Positions 41,101 through 51,457 of a stretch of 64,000 bases of DNA are shown piece by piece. The notes below the pieces were generated by a model that was not told the origin of the DNA, searched no databases, and saw only the letters and a program-made list of their open reading frames with translations. Positions within the stretch are counted from its first letter, which is position 1; each line of letters begins with the position of its first letter. This stretch comes from an uncultured Phycisphaerales bacterium (lineage in GTDB: Bacteria; Planctomycetota; Phycisphaerae; Tepidisphaerales; Tepidisphaeraceae). Location of the stretch: contig CAVWLP010000002.1 in the NCBI GenBank assembly GCA_963755915.1, positions 928,001-992,000 of the forward strand. The letters run 5' to 3'. The translations under genes and the position numbers were made by a program.

Positions 41101-42798
41101 TTCACCAGATGGCAAGCCTTGGGCTCTTCGCTGATCAGATTCCCCTCGCGGCCGAGATAAGTGTAAAGGCTGGTCACCAATTCCTCGCGAATCGCGTCCA
41201 GCGGTGGATTGGTGACTTGCGCAAAGAGCTGCCGGAAATAATTGTAAAGAAGCTGCGGCTTATCGCTGAGGCACGCCAGCGGCGTGTCCGCCCCCATCGA
41301 CCCAATGGCTTCCTGCCCCGTGGCCGCCATCGGCATCATGATCATCTTCAGGTCTTCGACCGTATACCCAAAAGCATGCTGCCGCACGCGAAGGGTGTCG
41401 TGATCCACTTCCTGAACCGCCCGCGGCGCCGGCAGGTCGTCCAGCGGAATCATGTACAGGTTCAGCCACTCTTTCCACGGCCGCTTTTCGACGAGATCAC
41501 GCTTGATCTCGTTGTCATCGATGATCCGCCCCTGCTTGAAATCGATCAGGAAAATCTTCCCCGGCTGCAGCCGCCATTTCCGCGCCACGTTCTCCGGCTT
41601 CACGTGCAATACGCCCACCTCGCTGGCCATGATGACCATGTCATCCTTGGTGACGTAATACCGGCTGGGCCGAAGCCCGTTACGGTCCAGCACCGCCCCA
41701 ACCTGCGCCCCGTTGGTAAACACAATGCTTGCCGGGCCGTCCCATGGCTCCATCAGGCAGGCGTGATATTCGTAAAAAGCCTTCAGCTCCTCATCCATCT
41801 TGTGATTGTTCTGCCAGGCCTCCGGAATGAGCATCAGCATGCTGTGGGCAAGGCTTCGGCCGTTGAGCGTGAGGAACTGGAGGGCGTTGTCGATGGTGGC
41901 CGTATCGGAGCCCGATTCGGTGAGGATCGGAAACATCTTCTGCAAGCTCATCCCCGAAAACTTCAGACTGGAGCGACCCATATCGGGCCCGCATCCAGTT
42001 TCGATTTCCCCGCAGCGTATTGATTTCGCCGTTATGAGCCAGATACCGATAAGGATGGGCCCGGTCCCATGAGGGGAAGGTGTTGGTGCTGAATCGGGAA
42101 TGGATTACCGCCAGCGCCGACTCAAAATCCGGCTCGCCGAGATCGGGGAAAAACTTGCGGACCTGGTGAGCCGTCAGCATCCCCTTGTAGATGATGCGCG
42201 AAGCGCTCAGGCGCAGATGTAAAACATGTTGCGGGCGGCTTCGGGAAGATCGCTGAATTCGATCAGGTTTTCAGTTCGCTGGCGGACGAGATAAAGCCGC
42301 CGGTCGAAATCCTGCCGGTTATAAAAGCTCGACCCCATCCCCACGAAGATCTGCCGAATCCGCGGCTCGCACTTGCGAGGGGTCGGCCCGATGTGGCGGT
42401 TGTCGGTCGGCACATCACGCCACCCAAGCGTCACCATCCCATAATCAGAAACCACTTTTTCGAGGGTTCGCTCGACATTCATTCCGCTGTGCCGCATCCT
42501 GCGGCAGAAAGATGTTGCCAACCCCATACTGATTCAGCGGCGGAAGCGTAAACCCCAGCTCAGCACACTTCCTGCGTAAAAAAGCATCAGGCAGCCGCAC
42601 CAGAATGCCCGCCCCATCCCCGCTATCCGGCTCACACCCACAGGCCCCCCGGTGGTTCATGTTATCAAGCATCTCCAATGCTTGTAACACGATGCGGTTA
42701 CTGGCTTTACCCTTGATATGGCAAAGAAAGCCGACGCCGCAGGCGTCGTGCTCTTGCTGAGGATCATACAGGCCCTGTGCGGGCGGATAGCCTTTCAT
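38166..42798 (-). CDS. gltB: Glutamate synthase large subunit (about 5 apparent frameshifts)
   Basis: [95 protein letters not shown]. Confidence 0.96.
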
Positions 42799-42952
42799 AG
42801 TGGCAGTACTGGGTTAAAGGCCAGCGCAGAACAAATCGAGCCGTGTTTTATAGCGAAATGGTTAAGCGACCACAAATATATTTGCGCGGCAGCGGTTGCG
42901 ATGACAGTAAGACGCGGGTTGATAATAGTCAATAAATTTGCTGAATTCGGGG

Positions 42953-44614
42953 CTACCAGCTCACCAGCACCGCCGTCGCGTCATCCGAAAGTGCTTCGGT
43001 CCCTGCAAACTCGTAAACATCCTTGAAAAGATGCGCAATCGCATTTTCCGGCGGGTTGGAAGCCGTCAGCGCGGCCTTCACCCGCTCGACACCAAATTCC
43101 TCCCGGCCCTGGGCGGCGTCCAATTGCGGCTGTTCAACCAACCCGTCGCTGATAATCAGCGCCCGGCTGTGAGCGGGAAGGGGTTTGGTGACCACGGAGA
43201 AATTGGCGTCCGGCGTGATGCCGATGGGAATGGCGTCCCCTTCGCGGAGAAGTTCGAAGTTATCGCCGGCGGTCTCCAGCAGCGCGTAGCCGTGACCGGC
43301 GTCGACATAGCTGACCGTCATTTTGTTCGGATCGAAGATTCCCACCCAGAGGGTCAGGAACTTGGTCTCCGGCCGGCGGGGATGCACGAACGCATTCAGA
43401 TCGCGCACCGCCCGGGCGAGATCGCCGTGGAGGAAAATGGCCGCGTGCAGAAAGCCCTGGGAAGCGGTCATGAGGACCGAGGCGGCAACGCCATGCCCGG
43501 AAACGTCGCCCAGCGCGACGGCCAGCCGCCCGTCCGGCAAAACGATGGCGTCGAAAAAGTCGCCGCCGAGATATTGGCCCGGCCGGCTGACGCCCGAGCA
43601 GGTGAAGGGCGCCGCCTTCACGGAATCGCGCGGCAGAATCCATCGCTGTGCCGCCGTGGCGGCCTTCAATTCCGCCTCGATCTGTGCCGAGCGGCGCTCG
43701 ATGTCGAGCCGCTTGAGATTGGCCATCGCCAAGCCCGCCATCTTCGCCAAAGCCAGGCAAAAGCCCGAGGAATTGGGCGGAAGCTGCCGCGGCGCGCCGG
43801 AGCGGCCGCGGGAATCGAGATAGAGATAGGCCGCCACCGTCGAGCCCAGCATCAGCGGGGCACAAATCGCCGCGTCGATGTTCATCTGGATGATGCTCTG
43901 CGAGAAATCGTCGCCGCTGGCGGCCGAAAGCTCCGCCAGCACGCCATGCGACGCGGTATTGAGCAGCGACCGGCTGAATCCCATCGCCGCTGATTCCCGG
44001 AGGGACGGCCCCACCTTATTTGCCACGATTTCGATGCGCCCGGTTGAATCCAGCGCGCGAATCACCGCGGCATTCGGAAGCCCGGTGCCCCGGCAGGCGG
44101 CGTCCATCAATGTTTCCGCGAGCGACTTCTCATCGTCGGCCGCGTGAATCGCCGAGGCCGTTTCCAGCAGCAGGTTGAGCAGGTCGTCGCGAAGCGGCTG
44201 GGAGGCGCGGTCGGGGGCGTGGCTCTGAACCATCGTGCCGGCCGTCGCCGTATCGTCGACCGCCCGCAGCCCGCGCTGCGGAACGCCCTGCGTGGAAAAG
44301 CTGAACGTCCAGGGAACGATGCGAAGCAGATCGCCGGGCGAAAGCGGCATTTCCCGGTTCGGTGGAATTCGGATGCCGTTGAGAAACGTGCCCCAGCGGC
44401 TGTGGAGGTCGGTGATCCGCCAGTTGCCCCCCTGGTGCGTGAAGCGGGCGTGCTGCCGGGAAACCTGGTCCGCATCTACCGGAAGGCGCAAGGCGCAATG
44501 CTCGTTGCGGCCCAGCAGAAGGGTATGGGCGGTCTGTTTCAGCTCCAGAGGGGGGATTTCCGGGCCGCCAGGGAGGGGGATCAGCCAGGCGGATTCCGGG
44601 GCGGAAGTGGACAT
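42953..44614 (-). CDS. FHA-GAF-SpoIIE (PP2C-type) Ser/Thr phosphatase
   Basis: FHA LGR..VSRQHA..S..GTFLNG; AAICAPL..YLYLD; GGDFFD, GDVSGHG, AGH, SDGLVE, DDAT. Confidence 0.9.
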   Translation of the reverse strand: MSTSAPESAWLIPLPGGPEIPPLELKQTAHTLLLGRNEHCALRLPVDADQVSRQHARFTHQGGNWRITDLHSRWGTFLNGIRIPPNREMPLSPGDLLRIVPWTFSFSTQGVPQRGLRAVDDTATAGTMVQSHAPDRASQPLRDDLLNLLLETASAIHAADDEKSLAETLMDAACRGTGLPNAAVIRALDSTGRIEIVANKVGPSLRESAAMGFSRSLLNTASHGVLAELSAASGDDFSQSIIQMNIDAAICAPLMLGSTVAAYLYLDSRGRSGAPRQLPPNSSGFCLALAKMAGLAMANLKRLDIERRSAQIEAELKAATAAQRWILPRDSVKAAPFTCSGVSRPGQYLGGDFFDAIVLPDGRLAVALGDVSGHGVAASVLMTASQGFLHAAIFLHGDLARAVRDLNAFVHPRRPETKFLTLWVGIFDPNKMTVSYVDAGHGYALLETAGDNFELLREGDAIPIGITPDANFSVVTKPLPAHSRALIISDGLVEQPQLDAAQGREEFGVERVKAALTASNPPENAIAHLFKDVYEFAGTEALSDDATAVLVSW

Positions 44615-44628
44615 GGGAAGGCATTATC

Positions 44629-44735
44629 ATTGCCGATTGCCGATTGCCAAATGCCGAATTGACAATTTAATAAGGGGTATTTAACGCCCAAACCGGGTCT
44701 TTCATTGGGCAATTGGCCATCGGCAATTCGGCATT
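44629..44735. repeat. Heptamer-periodic inverted repeat (ATTGCCG-like units) between divergent genes
   Basis: ATTGCCG ATTGCCG ATTGCCA AATGCCG ... ATTGGGC AATTGGC CATCGGC AATTCGGC ATT. Confidence 0.65.
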
Positions 44736-44806
44736 CTCGGTTGAGACCGAGTATCACCCATGCTATGCTTACTTTGCCGATTTTAGACGTAACGAAAGGA
44801 AAGACT

Positions 44807-45142
44807 ATGCCCATTACCTTGTCGGAAACCGCGGCCCGTGAGATCAAGACCATCATCAAGCAGCAGGAGTTGCCCGAAGAGCAGACCAAGCTCAGGGTTG
44901 GTGTAAAGGGCGGTGGATGCAGCGGATTCAGCTACATGCTGGACCTCACTGAGGAAACCAAGTCCGATGCCGACGAGGAAATGGATTCACAGGGGGTTAA
45001 GATCCTTTGCGACATGAAGTCTTATCTGTACCTCAACGGCACGGAGATCGACTTCAAGGATGAAGTGATGGGGCGCGGATTCGTGTTCAAAAACCCCAAC
45101 GCCACCAGCACCTGCGGGTGCGGGAGCAGCTTCCAGGCCTGA
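44807..45142 (+). CDS. A-type Fe-S carrier (HesB/IscA/SufA family)
   Basis: LRVGVKGGGCSGFSY, FKNPNA..TCGCGSSF. Confidence 0.95.
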   Translation: MPITLSETAAREIKTIIKQQELPEEQTKLRVGVKGGGCSGFSYMLDLTEETKSDADEEMDSQGVKILCDMKSYLYLNGTEIDFKDEVMGRGFVFKNPNATSTCGCGSSFQA

Positions 45143-45170
45143 TCGCGCCGCCTTCTGCAGGGACGCAAAC

Positions 45171-45254
45171 TTCACCGCGGAGATCGCAGAGACCGCGGAG
45201 AAAAATCAAAGCTTAAACCAGTTTCTCTGCGCTCTCCGCGATCTCCGCGGTGAA
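45171..45254. repeat. MITE-like inverted repeat with ~9-nt periodicity
   Basis: TTCACCGCGGAGATCGCAGAGACCGCGGAGAA ... TTCTCTGCGCTCTCCGCGATCTCCGCGGTGAA. Confidence 0.8.
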
Positions 45255-45299
45255 TATGCTCTTTGTTTGTTTACGACCTTGTGAATTGTCGAGGCGACC

Positions 45300-46753
45300 A
45301 TGCCCACCGCTGAAACCGAAATCGAAACGCTGGCGAACAAGGAATACAAGTGGGGATTCATCAGCGATATTGAAGCCGATTCCGCGCCGCCGGGGCTCAA
45401 CGAGGAGATCGTTCGGTTTATCTCGCTGAAGAAAAAAGAGCCGCAGTGGATGCTGGACTGGCGGCTGAAGGCATTCCGGCACTGGCAGACCATGACCGAG
45501 CCCCACTGGGCGATGGTCCATCATGCGCCGATCGACTATCAGAAGACGATCTATTTCTCCGCGCCCAAGCCGAAGCTCAAAAGCATGGGCGAAGTCGACC
45601 CCGAGCTGCTGAAGATTTACGAGAAGCTGGGCGTCCCAATGAGCGAGCAGGCGGCCCTGGCCGGCGTGGAGACAACGCCGGTCGCCGTCGATGCGGTCTT
45701 TGACAGCGTTTCCGTTGCCACCACCTTCAAAAAGACCCTGGCGGGAAAGGGGATCATCTTCTGCTCCTTTGGTGAGGCAGTGCAGGAGCATCCGGAACTG
45801 GTGCGCAAGTACATGGGCTCAGTGGTTCCCTATTCCGACAACTATTTTGCGACGCTCAACAGCGCGGTCTTCACGGACGGCAGCTTCTGCTACGTCCCCA
45901 AGGGCGTGAAATGCCCGATGGAATTGAGCACCTATTTCCGCATCAATGCAAAAAACACCGGCCAGTTTGAGCGGACGCTGATCATCGCCGATGAGGGTGC
46001 ATCCGTGAGTTATTTGGAGGGATGCACCGCGCCGATGCGCGACGAGAATCAGCTTCACGCCGCCGTCGTTGAGTTAGTGGCGATGGACAACGCCAGCATC
46101 AAGTACAGCACGGTGCAAAACTGGTATCCCGGCGACAAGGAGGGCAAAGGCGGGATTTATAACTTCGTCACCAAGCGCGGCACTGCCGCGGCCGCGCCAG
46201 CAAGATAAGCTGGACCCAGGTGGAAACCGGCTCGGCCATCACCTGGAAATATCCAAGCTGCATCCTTCAGGGCGACAACAGCGTCGGTGAATTCTACAGC
46301 GTCGCCCTGACCAACCACCGCCAGCAGGCCGATACCGGCACCAAGATGATCCACATCGGCAAAAACACCCGCAGCACCATCGTCAGCAAAGGTATTAGCG
46401 CCGGTTTCGGGCAGAATTGCTACCGCGGCCTGGTAAAGATTCTCAAAGGCGCAAGCAACAGCCGCAATTACACCCAGTGCGATTCGCTGCTCCTGGGCGA
46501 CCGTTGCGGGGCCCACACCGTGCCGTATATCGAGGTTCGCAACACCAGCAGCCGGGCCGAGCACGAAGCCAGCACAAGCAAGATCGGCGAAGACCAGCTA
46601 TTCTACTGCAAGAGCCGGGGCATCAGCTTGGAAGACGCGATCAACATCATCGTCAGCGGGTTCTGCAAGGAGGTTTTCAAGGAGCTGCCGATGGAGTTCG
46701 CCGTGGAGGCGAAGAAGTTGCTGGGAGTAAGTTTGGAGGGGTCCGTTGGCTGA
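45300..46753 (+). CDS. sufB: Fe-S assembly scaffold SufB (one apparent frameshift near 46185)
   Basis: [59 protein letters not shown]. Confidence 0.96.
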
Positions 46754-47015
46754 AGATCGCGGATACAGCGTATTGAAGCGCAATGGCAAGCCGGTGGCCT
46801 ATTTGTTTTCGGCGGAACACTATGACGAGGAAGACATTGGGTACATGAGCGACTCTAAGTTTTGGGAAATGATCCGCGAGCAACGGGAGAGCGATGAAGT
46901 CATTCCACTCGAACAAGTGGAAAGAGAAATAGCCGCAAGAGAGAAAGCACAACGGACGCGAAAGACACTCAAAAAAAGGAACGGGAAATTGAGTCGCACA
47001 AAAGGATCGAACTGA
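46746..47015 (+). CDS. Small Phd/YefM-like antitoxin-type ORF, possibly N-terminally truncated
   Basis: [17 protein letters not shown]...SKFWEMI...IPLEQV; AT-richer than the suf genes; TTG start overlaps the sufB end. Confidence 0.5.
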   Translation: MAEDRGYSVLKRNGKPVAYLFSAEHYDEEDIGYMSDSKFWEMIREQRESDEVIPLEQVEREIAAREKAQRTRKTLKKRNGKLSRTKGSN

Positions 47016-47016
47016 C

Positions 47017-47784
47017 ATGGCGTTACTAGAGATAAAAAACCTTCACGCCCGCGTCGCCGCCCCCGGAGGCCGCGACATCCTCAAAGGCGTGAACCTGACC
47101 ATCGAAGCCGGCGAAGTTCACGCCATCATGGGCAAGAACGGCTCCGGCAAGAGCACGCTGGCCCAGGTGCTGGCCGGTCGCGAAACGTATGAGGTCACGC
47201 AGGGATCGGTCGAATATGACGGCAAGAATCTGCTCGAGCTCTCCGCCGAAGAGCGGGCCCGCGAAGGAATCTTCCTGGCGTTCCAGTATCCGGTGGAAAT
47301 CCCCGGCGTCGATACGAGCTATTTTCTGAAGGCCGCCGTCAACGCCGTCCGCAAGCATCACGGCGAGCCGGACGTCGATACGATGGAGTTTCTCAAGCTC
47401 GTCAGGGAAAAAATGGCCCTGCTGAAAATGGATCAGAGCTTCATGCATCGCGCCGTCAACGAGGGATTCTCCGGCGGGGAGAAAAAGCGCAACGAGATTT
47501 TTCAGATGGCCGTCTGCAACCCCAAGCTCGCGCTGATGGATGAAACCGATTCCGGCCTGGACATCGACGCGCTGAAGATCGTCGCCAACGGCGCCAACAG
47601 CCTTCGCCGCCGCGATCGGGCGATCTTGCTGGTGACCCACTATCAGCGCCTGCTCAATTACATCGTGCCGGACGCCGTCCACGTGATGATGGACGGCCGC
47701 ATCGTAAAAACAGGCGACAAAAACCTCGCGCTGCAGCTGGAAGAGCGCGGATATGACTGGGTGAAACCAGACCAGGCAGCGTGA
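47017..47784 (+). CDS. sufC: Fe-S assembly ATPase SufC
   Basis: GKNGSGKST, FQYPVEIPGV, NEGFSGGEKKRNE, DETDSGLDID, THYQRLL. Confidence 0.97.
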   Translation: MALLEIKNLHARVAAPGGRDILKGVNLTIEAGEVHAIMGKNGSGKSTLAQVLAGRETYEVTQGSVEYDGKNLLELSAEERAREGIFLAFQYPVEIPGVDTSYFLKAAVNAVRKHHGEPDVDTMEFLKLVREKMALLKMDQSFMHRAVNEGFSGGEKKRNEIFQMAVCNPKLALMDETDSGLDIDALKIVANGANSLRRRDRAILLVTHYQRLLNYIVPDAVHVMMDGRIVKTGDKNLALQLEERGYDWVKPDQAA

Positions 47785-49133
47785 GCGTGAACATGACCAG
47801 ACTCGCAAGCGGAAAATTATCAGAGCCGGCGCGGACAGAAGATTCGCCCGGCTGGCTCAGCGCGCTGAAGCACAGCGCCACCGAGCGATTTGCCGCGGTG
47901 GGGTATCCAACGACCACCGACGAAGAGTGGCGGCTGACAAACGTCGCGCCAATCGCGAAAACCAAGTTCGCATTCGCAAGCGCTCAGGTTGACGCTGAAG
48001 CGGCAGAGCTGATTCGGCGAGCCAGCTTCGGTACCGACGCCGTCGCCGAGCTCGTCTTCGTGAACGGAAATTTCGAAGCGTCGCTTTCGCGAATGCCCAA
48101 AGCCGCCGGGCTGGGCATTGGAACCATCGAGCACGGCGGCGCTGGAACCACCGCCGTCCTGCAGCGAAACCTCGGCCAAGTCGCGGCGATTTCCGGTAAC
48201 CCTTTCGTGGCGCAAAACATGGCTTGGTTGCGCGACGCCGCGGTTGTGCACATCGCCAAAGGCGCTGAGATTTCAGGACCGGTTCATCTGCTGTTTGTTT
48301 CCACCGCCGGCCCGGAGCCCACCCAATCCTTTCCGCGCGTCCTGCTCGTTGCCGATGACAACAGCCAGGCAGCCCTGGTCGAAAGCTTCGTCGGTGGAGG
48401 CGGTGTGCATCTGACCAACGCGGTAACCGAGATCGTCGCCCACAGCGGCAGCCGCATCGACTACAGCCGCATGCAGCGCGGCGGCGAAGAAGGTTTTGCG
48501 ATAACAACGCTTGCCGCGCGGCTCGGTCGCGACGCACGGCTTGTCAGCCACGCCGCAACGCTCGGCGGCAAATTCACCCGCAATGATCTGAACATCATCC
48601 TCGCCGGCGAAGGCGCCGACGCGACGATCAACGGACTGGTGGTCGTGGAAAAGGATCAGCACTGCGACAACCACACCCTGCTCGATCACGCCGCCCCCAA
48701 TTGCCCCAGCCACGAGCTCTACAAACACGTCCTCAGCGGCAAGGCGACCTGCGTCTTCAAGGGCAAAATCCTCGTCCGCCAGGATTCCCAGAAGACCGAC
48801 TCCAAGCAGTCGAGCAAATCGCTGCTCCTCTCCGACGACGCGCAGATGAACAGCCAGCCCGCCCTCGAGATCTACGCCGACGACGTGAAGTGCACGCACG
48901 GCAGCACTACCGGGCCCGTCGACGAGGAAATGGTCTTCTACCTGCGTTCCCGCGGCGTAGGCCTCGACGCCGCCCGCCACCTGCTCACCTACGCCTTCGC
49001 CGCCGACATCACCCGGCGGATCAAGGTCGAGCCCGTGCGCCGCCGCCTGGAAGATTTCCTCTCCGCGCAGCACGGACTTCCGCAGGACCTGCGCATCACC
49101 GATCTGGGCGAGCATGATGAAAAGGCGCGATGA
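47781..49133 (+). CDS. sufD: Fe-S assembly protein SufD
   Basis: EEWRLT, FKGKILV..QKTD, PALEIYADDVKCTHG, FYLRSRG. Confidence 0.95.
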   Translation: MSVNMTRLASGKLSEPARTEDSPGWLSALKHSATERFAAVGYPTTTDEEWRLTNVAPIAKTKFAFASAQVDAEAAELIRRASFGTDAVAELVFVNGNFEASLSRMPKAAGLGIGTIEHGGAGTTAVLQRNLGQVAAISGNPFVAQNMAWLRDAAVVHIAKGAEISGPVHLLFVSTAGPEPTQSFPRVLLVADDNSQAALVESFVGGGGVHLTNAVTEIVAHSGSRIDYSRMQRGGEEGFAITTLAARLGRDARLVSHAATLGGKFTRNDLNIILAGEGADATINGLVVVEKDQHCDNHTLLDHAAPNCPSHELYKHVLSGKATCVFKGKILVRQDSQKTDSKQSSKSLLLSDDAQMNSQPALEIYADDVKCTHGSTTGPVDEEMVFYLRSRGVGLDAARHLLTYAFAADITRRIKVEPVRRRLEDFLSAQHGLPQDLRITDLGEHDEKAR

Positions 49134-50893
49134 GATATCTTCGCCCTCGTTAGCCGTGGCCGAGCCCAACGCCCATTCCCCGAAATTCGACATCGAGCGG
49201 ATCCGCTCGCAATTCCCCATCCTCCACCGCAAAATCCACGGCAAGCCCTTGATCTATTTCGACAACGGCGCCACCACCCAGAAGCCGCGCGGCGTCATCG
49301 AAACCCTCACCCGCTATTACGAATCCGAAAACGCCAACATTCACCGCGGCGTCCATACCCTCAGCCAGGAAGCCACCGCCGCCTATGAAGCCGCCCGCGA
49401 GAAAATCGCCCATTTCATCAACGCCGAGCACGCCCGCCAGATCATTTTCACCCGCGGCACCACCGAGTCGATCAACCTCGTCGCCGGCACTTACGGCCGG
49501 AAATTCCTGAAAACCGGCGACGAAATCATCCTCTCGGCAATGGAGCACCATTCCAACATCGTCCCCTGGCAGATCCTCGCCGAAGAAATCGGCGCAAAAA
49601 TCCGCGTCATCCCCATGAACGACCGCGGCGAATTGCTCATGGACGAATTCGAAAAGCTCCTCAGCGATCGCACCAAAATCGTCTCGGTCGTACATCTCTC
49701 GAATTCCCTGGGGACGATCAACCCCGTCCGGGAAATCATCGCCAGGGCGCATCAGCGCGGCGCCGTGGTCCTGCTCGACGGCGCCCAGTGGGTCGCCCAC
49801 GGACCTCTCGACGTGCGCGAGCTCGACGTCGATTTCTACGCCTTCTCAGGCCACAAGCTCTACGGCCCCACCGGAATCGGCGTCCTCTACGGAAAAGAAA
49901 AACTGCTCGACGCCATGCCCCCATACCAGGGCGGCGGAGACATGATCAGCTCCGTGACCTTCGAGAAAACAACCTACAACGCACTTCCCCATAAGTTTGA
50001 AGCCGGAACGCCCCACATCGCCGGCGGCATCGGCCTAGGCGCGGCAATCGATTTCGTGAACTCCATCGGCCGCGAAAACATCGCCCGCTACGAGCAGGAA
50101 CTGCTCATCCATGCGACCGGACTGCTGGAAGAGATCCCCGGCGTCCGAATCATCGGCACCGCCCGCGAAAAAGCCGGCGTGATTTCCCTTGTCGTCAACA
50201 ACCCCCCCATCGCCCCGCTCGACGTCGGAATGCGGCTCGACGCCGACGGAATCGCCGTCCGAACCGGCCACCACTGCTGCCAACCGGTGATGGACCGCCT
50301 GATGATCCCCGCCACCGCACGGGCGTCCTTTGCGATCTACAACACAACGCAGGAAGTTGAAGCCCTCGCCTCCGCATTAAAACGCATCGTCGCAGCCGAA
50401 TCGGGGAAAGTCAGCCAGAAGATCGCGCCGCCCGCCCCGAAGCAGCGCGAGCTTGAGCTCCATTTCCCCCAGGCCGCCGGTGTCTCCCCATCTGCCGTCG
50501 CCGAAGAGCTGGTATCGGAATTCGAATTCCTCGGCGATTGGGAAGTAAGGCACCAGTACCTGATCGAAAAGGGCGAAACCCTCCCGCCCATGCCGCCGGT
50601 CATCAAAAGCGAATCCAACCGCGTGCGCGGCTGCATGAGCGTGGTCCATCTCTTCGCGCAAACGCCCCGGCTCGGCCGATGCCCTCGAATTCCTCGCCGA
50701 CAGCGACGCCGCCATCGTCCGCGGCCTCATCTGGCTCCTGGAGCGCGTCTTCTCCGGACAATCCGCAAAAGAAATTCTCTCTTTCGACATCGAATCCCTC
50801 CTGGGCCGCCTGGGCCTCGACCGGCAATTAAGCATGGGCCGCAGAAACGGCCTCGCCGGAATGATTCAGCGAATCCTGCGCCGAAGCGGGTAA
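49114..50893 (+). CDS. sufS: SufS cysteine desulfurase fused to a SufE domain (apparent frameshift near 50660)
   Basis: DNGATTQKP, SGHK, FEAGTP, RTGHHC, then in the same frame DW..RHQYLI..G..L..RVRGCMS; the other frame gives ADSDAAIVRGL..LSMGRRNGL. Confidence 0.9.
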
Positions 50894-50907
50894 GCTGGTG
50901 AACGATC

Positions 50908-51387
50908 ATGGAACCTGAAAACGACAAACCCCCAGAGAATCAATCCACAGAGAAGCAATCGCTTCCGGTGCTCCCGCATTCCGGCAAGGCCGAGCAAATG
51001 AAACAGGAAGCCGCGGTCCATCCCACCCCAATGGATTTCGGCCACGCGATGCACCGCACCGTCGGCGATTTATCGCCTGCCCAGCGCGCCCTCGAATCGA
51101 ACATCGTCGAGGTCATTCGCACCGTCTACGACCCCGAAATCCCCGTCAACGTCTACGACCTGGGCTTGATTTACGAAATCGCCATCGACCCTGAAAACCG
51201 CGTCAACGTAAAGATGACGCTGACCGCTCCCGGATGCCCCGTCGCCGGCTCACTGCCGGTTGAAGTCGAGCGAAAAATCGAAGCGGTCGCCGGCGTAAAA
51301 GACGCCGAGGTCGAGCTCGTCTGGGACCCGCCCTGGGACAAGTCACGCATGTCTGAAGCCGCCATGCTCGACCTGGGAATCGCTTAA
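50908..51387 (+). CDS. DUF59/SufT Fe-S maturation protein
   Basis: VYDPEIPVNVYDLGLIY, MTLTAPGCPVA, WDPPW..MSEAA. Confidence 0.92.
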   Translation: MEPENDKPPENQSTEKQSLPVLPHSGKAEQMKQEAAVHPTPMDFGHAMHRTVGDLSPAQRALESNIVEVIRTVYDPEIPVNVYDLGLIYEIAIDPENRVNVKMTLTAPGCPVAGSLPVEVERKIEAVAGVKDAEVELVWDPPWDKSRMSEAAMLDLGIA

Positions 51388-51457
51388 AACCGCTTCAGCC
51401 GCGCAATTATCGGACATCCGTGACAATTGACGGAGGCGTCGATACATTTTCGACGAC

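Noticed and set aside
626-50893. Mass pseudogenisation or programmed frameshifting in serA, gltB, gltD, sufB and sufS-E
   Set aside because: The breaks are single-base indels with motifs intact in housekeeping genes, best explained by long-read consensus errors. Only the IS630 A7 site fits a known programmed frameshift.
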